From an uncultured Chitinophagaceae bacterium (GTDB taxonomy: Bacteria > Bacteroidota > Bacteroidia > Chitinophagales > Chitinophagaceae): a stretch of DNA of 64,000 bases. Made by a program: the position numbers and the translations under genes. The stretch's first letter is position 1. Each line of letters starts with the position of its first letter. The stretch lies in assembly GCA_964505195.1 (NCBI GenBank), contig CAZDGV010000005.1:17749-81748 (forward strand). Direction: 5' to 3'. Below the pieces are notes generated by a model. The model saw nothing but the letters and a program-made list of their open reading frames with translations. It ran no database searches and was not told where the DNA came from. Shown here in pieces: positions 36,519 to 45,409 of the stretch.

Positions 36519-36902
36519 ATGTTTTTCGCCTTACCGCTTTCTTCAAAATGGGGTTTCAAATCCCTTTCAAAAGCATTTTTGTTATGCCTGCTTTTAGCTT
36601 GTGTCCATCAACCGGCGGCAGCACAGAAAATTTTCAGCGTTGACTACCAAAGTCAGGCAGATGTGAAGGTATTTGTAGTGAAGTATGAGTCGCAGGCCGA
36701 TTTGAAAGTGTTTAAAGTGAAGTATCAAAGTCAGGCAGGAAACAACAACGGGAAGTGGTTTTTCGTAGACTATGTTTCTCAGGCAGATAAAAAGATTTTT
36801 TTCGTTCCTTATGAGTCGCAGGCCGACCTGAAAATTTTCTTCGTGAATTATGAATCACAGGCGGGATGGCGGAATGCTTCCAAAAAGCACTTATTGTATT
36901 AG
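36519..36902 (+). CDS. Secreted miniprotein built from six 13-aa F-x-V-x-Y-x-S-Q-A-D/G-x-K-V/I repeats
   Basis: 127 aa. Signal peptide ending QPAAAQ, then IFSVDYQSQADVKV / FVVKYESQADLKV / FKVKYQSQAGNNNGKW / FFVDYVSQADKKI / FFVPYESQADLKI / FFVNYESQAGWRN. Confidence 0.6.
   Translation: MFFALPLSSKWGFKSLSKAFLLCLLLACVHQPAAAQKIFSVDYQSQADVKVFVVKYESQADLKVFKVKYQSQAGNNNGKWFFVDYVSQADKKIFFVPYESQADLKIFFVNYESQAGWRNASKKHLLY
36630..36867 (+). repeat. In-frame tandem 39-nt coding repeats (six copies, diverged) inside the miniprotein gene
   Basis: The recurrent core TAT GAG/CAA TCN CAG GCN GAT/GGA is visible at DNA level, for example tatgagtcgcaggccgatttgaaagtg and tatgagtcgcaggccgacctgaaaatt. Confidence 0.7.
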
Positions 36903-37084
36903 CGTAGTTTTTATTCTCAGTTTTCAGTGCTGCTTGTTATCGTGGCACAAACGGCCTGAATTTTAAGACTGGTTGACAAGCACAATCATTATTTTACTAA
37001 TTTCACCCTCCCAGGTTAAAAGCCCGGGTTGCCTTAGAAAGCAGATCTATTTAAAAACATCGTTCGTAATTAAATCTTGAAAAA

Positions 37085-38521
37085 ATGACACGTATTACCG
37101 TAGCAAAAGGAGATGGCATCGGTCCTGAAATTATGGATGCCACTTTAAAAATTATCATGGCCGCCGGCGCAAAAATCGAAATCGATGAAATTGAAGTTGG
37201 TGAAAAAGTATATCTCTCCGGCAATACTGCGGGCATTGCCCCTTCTGCTTGGGATATTATCCGCCGCAACAAGGTATTTCTCAAAGCACCCATCACCACT
37301 CCCCAGGGTGGCGGTTATAAAAGCTTAAATGTTACCACCAGAAAATTCCTTGGTTTGTATGCGAATGTTCGTCCGTGTATGAGCTTACATCCTTTTGTTG
37401 CAACTAAGCATCCGCTGATGGATGTGGTAATTGTACGCGAAAATGAAGAGGATTTGTATGCAGGTATCGAGCATCAGCAAACCGACGAAGTAGTGCAGTG
37501 CTTGAAGCTGATCAGTCGCCCCGGTTGTGAAAAAATTGTACGCTATGCATTTGAGTATGCCAAGCAATACAACCGTAAAAAAGTTACCTGTTTTACCAAA
37601 GACAATATCATGAAGCAAACCGATGGTTTGTTTCACCAGGTGTTTGATGAAATCGCCAAAGAATACCCTGAAATAGAAAATGAACATTGGATTATTGATA
37701 TTGGCGCAGCAAAGCTTGCCGATACACCCGAACAGTTTGATGTAGTGGTGATGCCCAACTTGTACGGTGATGTATTGTCGGATGTGGCAGCACAAATTGC
37801 AGGATCTGTAGGATTGGCCGGCTCAGCGAATATTGGCGAAGAGTGTGCCATGTTTGAAGCCATTCACGGTTCTGCACCGCGCCGTGCCGGACAAAACCTT
37901 GCCAACCCATCGGGTTTGTTGCAGGGAGCCATCATGATGCTCAGTCATATTGGTCAGTCTGATGTTGCTGAAAAAGTACAAAACGCTTGGTTGAAAACCA
38001 TTGAAGATGGCATTCATACCTATGATATCTTCAAAGAAGGAGTGAGCAAGCAAAAAGTAGGCACACAGGAATTTGCAGATGCGGTGATTGCCCATCTCGG
38101 ACAAAAACCTGCTCAGCTGAAAACAGTAAGTTATTCCAACAACGGCGGCTTGAATTTACCCAGCTATGTTCGTAAAGCACCCAAAGAGAAAGTGCTGGAA
38201 GGTGTTGACCTTTTCGTACACTGGCCAGGCACCGATGCCAACGAGCTGGCGGTGATCATTCAAAAGCTGGAGCAATCTGATGTAAAACTTTCCATGATCA
38301 CCAACCGCGGCATTAAAGTATGGCCTGAAGGATTTAAGGAAACATTCTGTACTGACCACTGGCGTTGTCGCTTCAAGCCCAAAGCTTCTGATGTGCTCAC
38401 GAAAGAACAAATCGTAGCATTGATGCAGCAGGCGATAGCACAAGGAGTGGATGTGATTAAAACAGAAAACCTGTATCGCTTTGACGGTAAACCTGCGTAT
38501 TCACTTGGGCAGGGGCAGTAA
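37085..38521 (+). CDS. icd: Isocitrate dehydrogenase (beta-decarboxylating dehydrogenase family, long ~480 aa form)
   Basis: 478 aa with ITVAKGDGIGPEIMDA, VIVRENEEDLYAGIEH, NLYGDVLSDVAAQIAGSVGLAGSANIG and FEAIHGSAP. Cofactor specificity cannot be read from the sequence by eye. Confidence 0.9.
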   Translation: MTRITVAKGDGIGPEIMDATLKIIMAAGAKIEIDEIEVGEKVYLSGNTAGIAPSAWDIIRRNKVFLKAPITTPQGGGYKSLNVTTRKFLGLYANVRPCMSLHPFVATKHPLMDVVIVRENEEDLYAGIEHQQTDEVVQCLKLISRPGCEKIVRYAFEYAKQYNRKKVTCFTKDNIMKQTDGLFHQVFDEIAKEYPEIENEHWIIDIGAAKLADTPEQFDVVVMPNLYGDVLSDVAAQIAGSVGLAGSANIGEECAMFEAIHGSAPRRAGQNLANPSGLLQGAIMMLSHIGQSDVAEKVQNAWLKTIEDGIHTYDIFKEGVSKQKVGTQEFADAVIAHLGQKPAQLKTVSYSNNGGLNLPSYVRKAPKEKVLEGVDLFVHWPGTDANELAVIIQKLEQSDVKLSMITNRGIKVWPEGFKETFCTDHWRCRFKPKASDVLTKEQIVALMQQAIAQGVDVIKTENLYRFDGKPAYSLGQGQ

Positions 38522-38542
38522 TCATTTAGATTAATATAGAAT

Positions 38543-38580
38543 AAGCAATCGGCCCGCAAAATTTGCGGGCCGATTGCTTT
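38543..38580. terminator. Bidirectional intrinsic terminator between convergent icd and the VIT1 gene
   Basis: Near-perfect hairpin AAGCAATCGGCCCGCAAA / TTTGCGGGCCGATTGCTT with flanking A and T runs. It lies between the two stop codons (38521 and 38601). Confidence 0.85.
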
Positions 38581-38600
38581 AAAAATGCTTTTGAAAGCAG

Positions 38601-39302
38601 TTACACGTTTACGCCAAAAATATATCCTACCAATGCGGATAGTCCCATTGCAATGCTTCCCCAAACAGAAATACGCAGTATTGCTTTTTTAATGGAAGAG
38701 CCGCCTGTTTTTGCAGAGATCGCACCCAGCACACATAAAAACAAAATTGAAAAACCATATAACCAGTATTCCATCATTTTAATATCTGCCAGTAACACTA
38801 CGATTAAAGGAAGCAATCCACCTCCGCAGAATGCAGCTCCTGAAGCAAAAGCCGCTTGTATGGGTTTTGCCCGTGAAATTTCATTAATACCAAGTTCATC
38901 TCTTACATGTGCGCCCAGTGCATCGGCCTCTGTTAACTCTTTGGCAACTTGCAAAGCAGTTTCTTTCGTTAATCCTCTTTGTTCATAAATAGCAGCAAGT
39001 ATAGCGAGTTCCTGTTCGGGCATTTCTTCCAGCTCTTGTTTTTCTCTTTCAATATCTGCGGTTTCGGTATCAGTTTGGGCACTCACCGATACATATTCAC
39101 CCGCAGCCATCGACAATGCTCCGGCTACCAAACCTGCTACCGTTGCAAGCACCACCGGCTCTCTCGATACACTGGCAGTTGCAATGCCAATGGCAAGACT
39201 GGAAATAGAAATAATACCATCGTTAGCACCGAGCACTGCTGCTCTCAGCCAGTTGCTGCGATGGATGTAATGCACATCCATGTAATTATCAATGGTAACC
39301 AT
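38601..39302 (-). CDS. VIT1/CCC1 family iron/manganese transporter
   Basis: 233 aa with HRSNWLRAAVLGANDGIISISSLAIGIA and an acidic cytoplasmic stretch (ETADIEREKQELEEMPEQE). The topology is typical of VIT family proteins. Confidence 0.85.
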   Translation of the reverse strand: MVTIDNYMDVHYIHRSNWLRAAVLGANDGIISISSLAIGIATASVSREPVVLATVAGLVAGALSMAAGEYVSVSAQTDTETADIEREKQELEEMPEQELAILAAIYEQRGLTKETALQVAKELTEADALGAHVRDELGINEISRAKPIQAAFASGAAFCGGGLLPLIVVLLADIKMMEYWLYGFSILFLCVLGAISAKTGGSSIKKAILRISVWGSIAMGLSALVGYIFGVNV

Positions 39303-39405
39303 ATTCTGTTGTTGTGTAGGTTAAAGAAGATACTAAAATACAATCAAGGAATTGCTTCTTCTATTAAAACCCGTTTTAATTCGCCAGAATTTTTTATTGC
39401 TATGG

Positions 39406-40026
39406 TTAATCTCCCGCCCATGCTTTTTCGCCTGCAGTGTAGGGAGCACTTCCGTCGTAACGTCCTGGCACTGCAACATGGCGAAGTGTTTCTGTCATAC
39501 CTGTTTTTGAAGTGAAAAAGCCCCAGAGTGTGAGCTGTTTCATCATGGTATAATAGTGTGGCGGTTCGGGTATAAATGTGGTCCCTTTTTCCTTAGCTTG
39601 TTTATCTCCTTCTGCATTTTTCGTTTTCACATTTTCATTAAAGGATTTTGCGTCTTTTTCAAGATGAACTACAAAACGCATTCTTTCCGCTGCGCTGCTT
39701 TCCAAAAAAGATTTTCCCACTACCGATTTACATATTGCATCTATACCTTTTAATCCTTTCATAAAAGCATCTTGCTCTTCCTTGGTATAGCAGTCGCCCA
39801 CAATGCTTTGCATGAATGCGCCGATATTGGCCGCTTTTGCACCGGGTGTGTCTGTAGCGGGGATGATGGTTTCTCCCAGTTCATCGAGCAATGCCAGTTC
39901 GTTTTCTGATAGCAGTAGTCCGGTTTTCCCCGGCTGTTTGCAACCGCTCAGAAAAACTTCTGATCCAATCACCAAGCCTCCTGTGAGTAGTGCAATTTGT
40001 TTGATGAGTTCGCGTCTGTTCATCAT
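39406..40026 (-). CDS. Gluconate 2-dehydrogenase subunit 3-like small subunit, Tat-signal lipoprotein
   Basis: 206 aa. N-terminus MMNRRELIKQIALLTGGLVIGSEVFLSGC combines a twin-Arg-type motif with a lipobox (LSGC). It starts 10 nt downstream of the GMC gene. Confidence 0.7.
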   Translation of the reverse strand: MMNRRELIKQIALLTGGLVIGSEVFLSGCKQPGKTGLLLSENELALLDELGETIIPATDTPGAKAANIGAFMQSIVGDCYTKEEQDAFMKGLKGIDAICKSVVGKSFLESSAAERMRFVVHLEKDAKSFNENVKTKNAEGDKQAKEKGTTFIPEPPHYYTMMKQLTLWGFFTSKTGMTETLRHVAVPGRYDGSAPYTAGEKAWAGD

Positions 40027-40036
40027 CGGTATGATT

Positions 40037-41719
40037 TTATAAATTTCCCTTTTTTAATTCCTGCACAGCATAATCTGCTGCACGCGCCGTTATGGCCATA
40101 TACGTAAGCGATGGGTTCACGCATGAACCGCTGGTCATGCACGCACCGTCGGTAACAAACACATTGGGTGCATCCCAAACCTGGTTGAAACCATTCAGCA
40201 CCGAGGTTTTGGGATCTCTTCCCATTCTCGCTGTTCCCATTTCATGTATGCCCATGCCAACGGCATATCCCCAGTCGAAAGGCTGCACATTTTTTACGCC
40301 GGCATTGGTAAGCATTTCCACCGCATCGTCCACCATGTCTTTCCGCATCTTCTGTTCATTTTCTTTCAGCTCCACATCTATGGCCAGCACCGGCAATCCC
40401 CATTTGTCTTTTTTATCCTTATCAAGAAAAATGCGATTGCTATGATCGGGCAGCATTTCACCAAATGCGAGGATCGACATGTTCCAGTCTTTCGAAGGCA
40501 CACTCAATGCTTCTTTCAGCGCGGCGCCTACCGTAAACTCTGCTACTTCAATTCCTCTTCCTCTGCCCGCACCCCCCTGATATCCGAAGCCGCGGAGATA
40601 ATCCCTTTTGTCATTGTAGATATTTCTAAAGCGCGGAATATAAATGCCGGTAGGTCTGCGACCATACACATAGGTATCTGAAAATCCTTCTACTGCTCCT
40701 GCTGCACCAATTTTAAAGTGATGGTCCATTACATTATGTCCCAATGCTCCGCTGCTGCTGCCCAGTCCTTCAGGCCAGATATCGGTAGCACTGTTCATGA
40801 GAATCCAGGTAGAGTTGAAGCTCGATGCACAGAGAAAAATAATCTTGGCTTTATACTCGTAGGTTTGATTGGTTTCCGCATCAATGATTTCCACTCCACT
40901 CGCCTTTTTCGTGTTTTTATCGTAAAGCACTTTGGTAACAATGGAATAAGGCCGCAGTGTGAGGTTCCCTGTTTTCATGGCAGCAGGCAGGGTGGAAGAC
41001 TGTGTGCTGAAATACGCTCCGAAAGGACATCCGCGCCAGCAGCGATTGCGATACTGACAGTTTACACGCCCTTCCAGTGGAGCCGTTAGGTTGGCACTTC
41101 TGCCAATAAACATATGGCGCATGCCTTTGTACTTTGCTTTGATGCGTGCTGCAACAGTTTTTTCAACGGCATTCATTTCCATGGCAGGAAGGAAAGCCCC
41201 ATCGGGTAATACTTCTAATCCTTCTTTACTTCCTTGTATGCCCGCAAACTGTTCAACATAAGTGTACCAGGGTGCAAGATCATCGTAGCGTATAGGCCAG
41301 TCTACTGCAATCCCTTCTTTCGCATTGGCTTCAAAGTCCCATTTGTTGAAGCGATACGACTGTCGCCCCCAAAGTAAGGAGCGGCCACCTACATGATAAC
41401 CTCTGTACCAGTCGAACCGCTTTACTTCTGTATACGGACAATCCTTTTCATTGGCCCACATTTCCTCTACTTCCTCACTTAATGGATAGTCGCGCTTCAG
41501 CACGGGAAATCTTTCTTTCATATCCTGCGTTGCCGATCCGCGGTGCGGAAATTCCCAGCGCTCTTTGTTGGCGTTCACATAGTCTTTAATGTGTTCAATG
41601 TTTCTGCCTCTCTCAAGCATAAGAACTTTAAGTCCTTTTTCCGTAAGCTCTTTGGCGGCCCAGCCACCGCTGATTCCTGAGCCTACTACAATGGCATCGT
41701 ATGTGTTTGATTCCGGCAT
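40037..41719 (-). CDS. GMC-family FAD-dependent oxidoreductase (catalytic subunit, no signal peptide of its own)
   Basis: 560 aa. Begins directly with the Rossmann motif YDAIVVGSGISGGWAAKEL. C-terminal GMC segment HEMGTARMG...NVFVTDGA. Confidence 0.85.
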   Translation of the reverse strand: MPESNTYDAIVVGSGISGGWAAKELTEKGLKVLMLERGRNIEHIKDYVNANKERWEFPHRGSATQDMKERFPVLKRDYPLSEEVEEMWANEKDCPYTEVKRFDWYRGYHVGGRSLLWGRQSYRFNKWDFEANAKEGIAVDWPIRYDDLAPWYTYVEQFAGIQGSKEGLEVLPDGAFLPAMEMNAVEKTVAARIKAKYKGMRHMFIGRSANLTAPLEGRVNCQYRNRCWRGCPFGAYFSTQSSTLPAAMKTGNLTLRPYSIVTKVLYDKNTKKASGVEIIDAETNQTYEYKAKIIFLCASSFNSTWILMNSATDIWPEGLGSSSGALGHNVMDHHFKIGAAGAVEGFSDTYVYGRRPTGIYIPRFRNIYNDKRDYLRGFGYQGGAGRGRGIEVAEFTVGAALKEALSVPSKDWNMSILAFGEMLPDHSNRIFLDKDKKDKWGLPVLAIDVELKENEQKMRKDMVDDAVEMLTNAGVKNVQPFDWGYAVGMGIHEMGTARMGRDPKTSVLNGFNQVWDAPNVFVTDGACMTSGSCVNPSLTYMAITARAADYAVQELKKGNL

Positions 41720-41757
41720 AAAATTTTAATAAGTAGTTAGTAATGAGCAGAAAGTAT

Positions 41758-42645
41758 TTAGATATCGCAGCGGCGGATCGCATCTTTTAGCGCTGCTATT
41801 TTTTCTGTATTGGTTTTTCCTGTGGGGATGAATTCCTGCGCAACATATCCCTTGTACCCTGTTGCAGCGATCTCTTGCATAATAGCAGGGTAGTTGAGTT
41901 CTTGCGTATCATCAATTTCATGCCTGCCAGGCACACCTGCAGTATGGTAGTGTCCAAAAAATGCATGATGATTGCGGATGTTGCGGATGATATCTCCTTC
42001 ATTGATTTGCATGTGATAGATATCGTACAGCAGTTTAAAGTTGGGCGAACCGATGCGTTTGCATAGTTCAATGCCCCAGCTGCTTTTGTCGCACATATAA
42101 TCAGGATGATCCACTTTGCTGTTGAAAAGCTCCATTTGAATGATGACTCCCTTCTTTTCAGCAAGTGATATAATTTGTTGCAATCCTTCTACACAGTTCT
42201 TCATGCCTGTTTCATCATCCATTCCGTTTCTGTTGCCACTAAAGCAAATGAGATTTTTATAGCCTGCTTTGCTCACCAGTTCGATATGATTTGTATAGCG
42301 CTGAATCAAAGTTGTATGATACGACTTGTTGTTCCACCCTTCCGTCAAACTGATTTCAGCGCCATTGCACATGGAAGAATCTAATCCATGCTTTTGCAGT
42401 ATATGCCATTCTTCGGGCCCAACGAGATCGATTGCAGTGATGCCGATCTCCTTTGCAGCAACGCATAATGCTTCCAGCGAAAGAAATCCGTAGGTCCATT
42501 TGCAAACCGAATGGCGAATTTTTCCTTTCAGTACAGATGTTTCCGTACTGCTTTCATTCATGGAAAGTGCGGGCCATACGGCCATACCCAATGCACCTGC
42601 GGTAATTTTTTTGATAATATTTCTACGGGTATCGCGTGAAGCCAT
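41758..42645 (-). CDS. Xylose-isomerase-like TIM-barrel protein (sugar phosphate isomerase/epimerase family) with a Tat signal
   Basis: 295 aa. N-terminus MASRDTRRNIIKKITAGALGMAVWPALS (twin-Arg). Metal-ligand-like E/D/H pattern (IQMELFNS..., DIYHMQINEGD, HYHTAG). Confidence 0.75.
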   Translation of the reverse strand: MASRDTRRNIIKKITAGALGMAVWPALSMNESSTETSVLKGKIRHSVCKWTYGFLSLEALCVAAKEIGITAIDLVGPEEWHILQKHGLDSSMCNGAEISLTEGWNNKSYHTTLIQRYTNHIELVSKAGYKNLICFSGNRNGMDDETGMKNCVEGLQQIISLAEKKGVIIQMELFNSKVDHPDYMCDKSSWGIELCKRIGSPNFKLLYDIYHMQINEGDIIRNIRNHHAFFGHYHTAGVPGRHEIDDTQELNYPAIMQEIAATGYKGYVAQEFIPTGKTNTEKIAALKDAIRRCDI

Positions 42646-42657
42646 AAGGCTAATGTT

Positions 42658-43860
42658 TTATGCATTGATTTTTTTCGGTGCTTTAAAAAGCAACATAAAT
42701 AAAAGCGTAATTGCCGTAGCGATGCCGGCGGGGATCATCCATATAGTTGACCAATCATGTCCATCCGCTGTTTTGTAGTAGTTTACTACATACCCAGCAA
42801 ACCAAAATCCGATGAACATACCCACGCCGTAGGTAGCCAGCGTAATCAGCCCTTGTGCACTTGATCGAATCTCTGCACCGGCACGCTCGTCGGTATAAAT
42901 TTGTCCGGTAACGAAAAAGAAATCGTAACAAATTCCGTGCAGAATAATTCCGGCATAGAGCAATGCAATGCCAGTTCCGGCATCACCGAAGCCGAAGCAG
43001 AGATAACGCAAAATCCAGGCAACCATACCAATTAGCAGCATCTTTTTTACGCCAAGCCGTGCAAAGAACAGCGGCATAAGAAAGAGAAAAATCGTTTCGC
43101 TCATTTGTCCCATCGTCATCTTTCCCGCTGCTTTGCTCACGCCCACTTCATTCAAAAACTTATTCGTTTCCTGATAGTAAAACGCAAGGGGAATACATAT
43201 AAGAATAGAGCAAAGAAAGAAAATGAGATAATTTTTATCTTTCAGCAATGCCAATGCATCCAGTCCGAGGATTTGCGAAAGCGTAGTTTTTTGTTTTGCC
43301 TTTGGAGGAGGAGTATTCGGCAGAAAAAAACTGTAAACGCCCAGCACACCTGAGATGGCTGCTGCCATCGTAAAAGTTTGGTCGAGTTGCTTTTTTTGTT
43401 CCAAAGCAAGCCAGGCAATTAATAGTCCTGCAGCAATCCATCCGATGGTTCCCCACATGCGGATAAGTGAAAATTCTTTTTCGGGCTGCTGCATTTGCTT
43501 GAAGGAAATAGCGTTGACCAATGCGAGTGAGGGCATGTATATGATCATATACATCAGCAGCAGCGGATAAAAATGATCAAAGCTTTTCGTTTGTGCGAGA
43601 TAATACATCACCCCTGCGCCTACTAAGTGAAGGACGCCTAGTATTTTTTGTGCAGCAAAATATCTGTCGGCAATGAGCCCGATAAAAAACGGCGCGATGA
43701 TGGCGCCGAGTGCCTGTGTACCGTAGGCATGACCAATCTGAACGTCACCGGTTTTGATGATGGTAGAAAGATAAGTTCCCATGGTAACAAACCAGATGCC
43801 CCAAACAAAAAAGTTAAGAAACATCATCAGCGAAAGTTGGGTGCGGGTAGTAAACGACAT
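42658..43860 (-). CDS. MFS transporter of the nucleoside:H+ symporter (NupG/XapB-like) type
   Basis: 400 aa, 12 TM helices. The N-terminal LSLMMFLNFFVWGIWFVTMGTYL is characteristic of this subfamily. Confidence 0.7.
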   Translation of the reverse strand: MSFTTRTQLSLMMFLNFFVWGIWFVTMGTYLSTIIKTGDVQIGHAYGTQALGAIIAPFFIGLIADRYFAAQKILGVLHLVGAGVMYYLAQTKSFDHFYPLLLMYMIIYMPSLALVNAISFKQMQQPEKEFSLIRMWGTIGWIAAGLLIAWLALEQKKQLDQTFTMAAAISGVLGVYSFFLPNTPPPKAKQKTTLSQILGLDALALLKDKNYLIFFLCSILICIPLAFYYQETNKFLNEVGVSKAAGKMTMGQMSETIFLFLMPLFFARLGVKKMLLIGMVAWILRYLCFGFGDAGTGIALLYAGIILHGICYDFFFVTGQIYTDERAGAEIRSSAQGLITLATYGVGMFIGFWFAGYVVNYYKTADGHDWSTIWMIPAGIATAITLLFMLLFKAPKKINA

Positions 43861-44007
43861 GCAGCAATCAGTTTAGGTTGGTGGGAATAAATGTAAGGAA
43901 AAATAGACAATGGCAACATCGTTTGCCTGCATACATTTTACTGTCAGAAGCGGACAGAAAAGCAAGGAAGAGAATGTGTGGAATCTGATGTCTGATGTAT
44001 GATTACA

Positions 44008-44742
44008 TCAGTTTAGCTTGTGTTCGATGTAGTGCGGCAGCATCGCTTTCCAGGTATTCCAGTCGTGCGGCCATTCCGATCCCCATACATCTAAATGATA
44101 AGATATGCCTTTATCGTATAAAATGCGCGCAAAGCGTCCGCTGCTTGAAGGATCTTCATAGGCACCGCTGCCTGTTACAATATGAATGTGTTTGCTGCTT
44201 CGTATTTGTTCCAATATGCCATGATCGGTAAGGTTCGGCATATAATGCATGGGACTGTTGAAGTAAACATAATCATCCCAATAACCCTTAGTGTATTCTG
44301 TGAGGTCATATACGCCGCTCATTGCAATAACGCCTTGGATGAGATCGGGACGTTTTAAAAAAACATTCATGCTGTGCAGCGCACCGAAGGAAGCGCCGCA
44401 GGTGTAGATGGGTGTTTCCCGACTTGCATTGTTTTGAATAAAGGGAACGACTTCCTGAAAAATATATTCATTGAACTGATGGTGGCGCAGTGATTTTTCA
44501 TGACCGGCCATATGTTCGTTCAGCCAGCTTTCCGTATTGATACTGTTAATACTGTAAACCTTTAGTTTGCCGCGCTCAATCCATGGCCGCATGGCTTCTA
44601 TCAGCTGAAAGCGTTCGTACTCCAGGAAGTCAGCTGCAGCGGTGGGAATCATCAACAAGGCGAAACCGTGGTATCCATACACTGCAATCGGCATTTCCTT
44701 TTGAAGGGCGGGGCTGTACCAGCTAAGAAGCTCTTTTTGCAT
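44008..44742 (-). CDS. Esterase family protein (alpha/beta hydrolase, putative esterase type)
   Basis: 244 aa. Nucleophile elbow GASFG (YTCGASFGALHS). A late H (WPHDW) fits the catalytic triad order. Confidence 0.65.
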   Translation of the reverse strand: MQKELLSWYSPALQKEMPIAVYGYHGFALLMIPTAAADFLEYERFQLIEAMRPWIERGKLKVYSINSINTESWLNEHMAGHEKSLRHHQFNEYIFQEVVPFIQNNASRETPIYTCGASFGALHSMNVFLKRPDLIQGVIAMSGVYDLTEYTKGYWDDYVYFNSPMHYMPNLTDHGILEQIRSSKHIHIVTGSGAYEDPSSSGRFARILYDKGISYHLDVWGSEWPHDWNTWKAMLPHYIEHKLN

Positions 44743-44753
44743 GCCCGATTTTG

Positions 44754-45269
44754 CTAGGCTTTTTCTTGCTCTGCTTCTCCGCCATCCATACCTGCGATGT
44801 CTCGGTCGAAGAAATATAAGCCACCCGGATCACTGCCAATCAGCTTCAGCTTATCAATAATTCTGCGTGCCAGTGCTTCTTCTTCAATTTGCTCACTAAC
44901 ATACCACTGTAAAAAATTGTGTGTGGTGTAGTCTTTTTCTTTCAAACAGATATCGACCAGCTTATTGATCTCCGTACTAACCAATACTTCGTGGTTCAGC
45001 ACATCCTGAAACAACTCTTTCACGCCTTTGTATTTGGAAGAAGGTTGTTTCAACGCCGGCACAACACCGTGACCTCCGCGCTCATTAATAAACTTCAGCA
45101 GCTTTAACATATGCATACGCTCTTCATCGCTATGCATAAAAAGGAAGCTGGCAATTCCTTCATATCCGTTTACTTCTGCCCAGGAAGCCATGGCAAGATA
45201 AACCTGAGATGAAGCCGCTTCCAGCTCTACTTGCTGATTCAGCGCTTTTTCAATTTTGGGGTTGAGCAT
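44754..45269 (-). CDS. Non-haem ferritin
   Basis: 171 aa. Ferroxidase-centre pattern NQQVELEAASSQVYLAMASW...DEERMHMLKL...LNHEVLVS...QWYVSEQIEEE. Confidence 0.9.
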   Translation of the reverse strand: MLNPKIEKALNQQVELEAASSQVYLAMASWAEVNGYEGIASFLFMHSDEERMHMLKLLKFINERGGHGVVPALKQPSSKYKGVKELFQDVLNHEVLVSTEINKLVDICLKEKDYTTHNFLQWYVSEQIEEEALARRIIDKLKLIGSDPGGLYFFDRDIAGMDGGEAEQEKA

Positions 45270-45409
45270 AATGGTATAGTTTATAACAGAAATAAAATTA
45301 CAATATGTTTTGGGTAGAATCTACACTATTTCACTTTCAGTAGAAACTTTAAACATGAACAAAAAGGAGGGGGTTTTGTTCTTAATTTTGCATCTCAAAT
45401 TTCATCTGA

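Noticed and set aside
39303-39405. Possible metal riboswitch (yybP-ykoY type) in the leader of the VIT1 transporter gene
   Set aside because: The ~100-nt leader is AT-rich, lacks the conserved G-rich core I associate with that riboswitch and shows only a short AT hairpin (ATTAAAAC-GG-GTTTTAAT).
43985-44011. Tandem CTGATGT CTGATGT followed by the hairpin CTGATGTA-TGAT-TACATCAG at the esterase stop codon
   Set aside because: It is short and AT-rich, overlaps the stop codon and has no T run on the relevant strand. It is not convincing as a terminator or repeat element.
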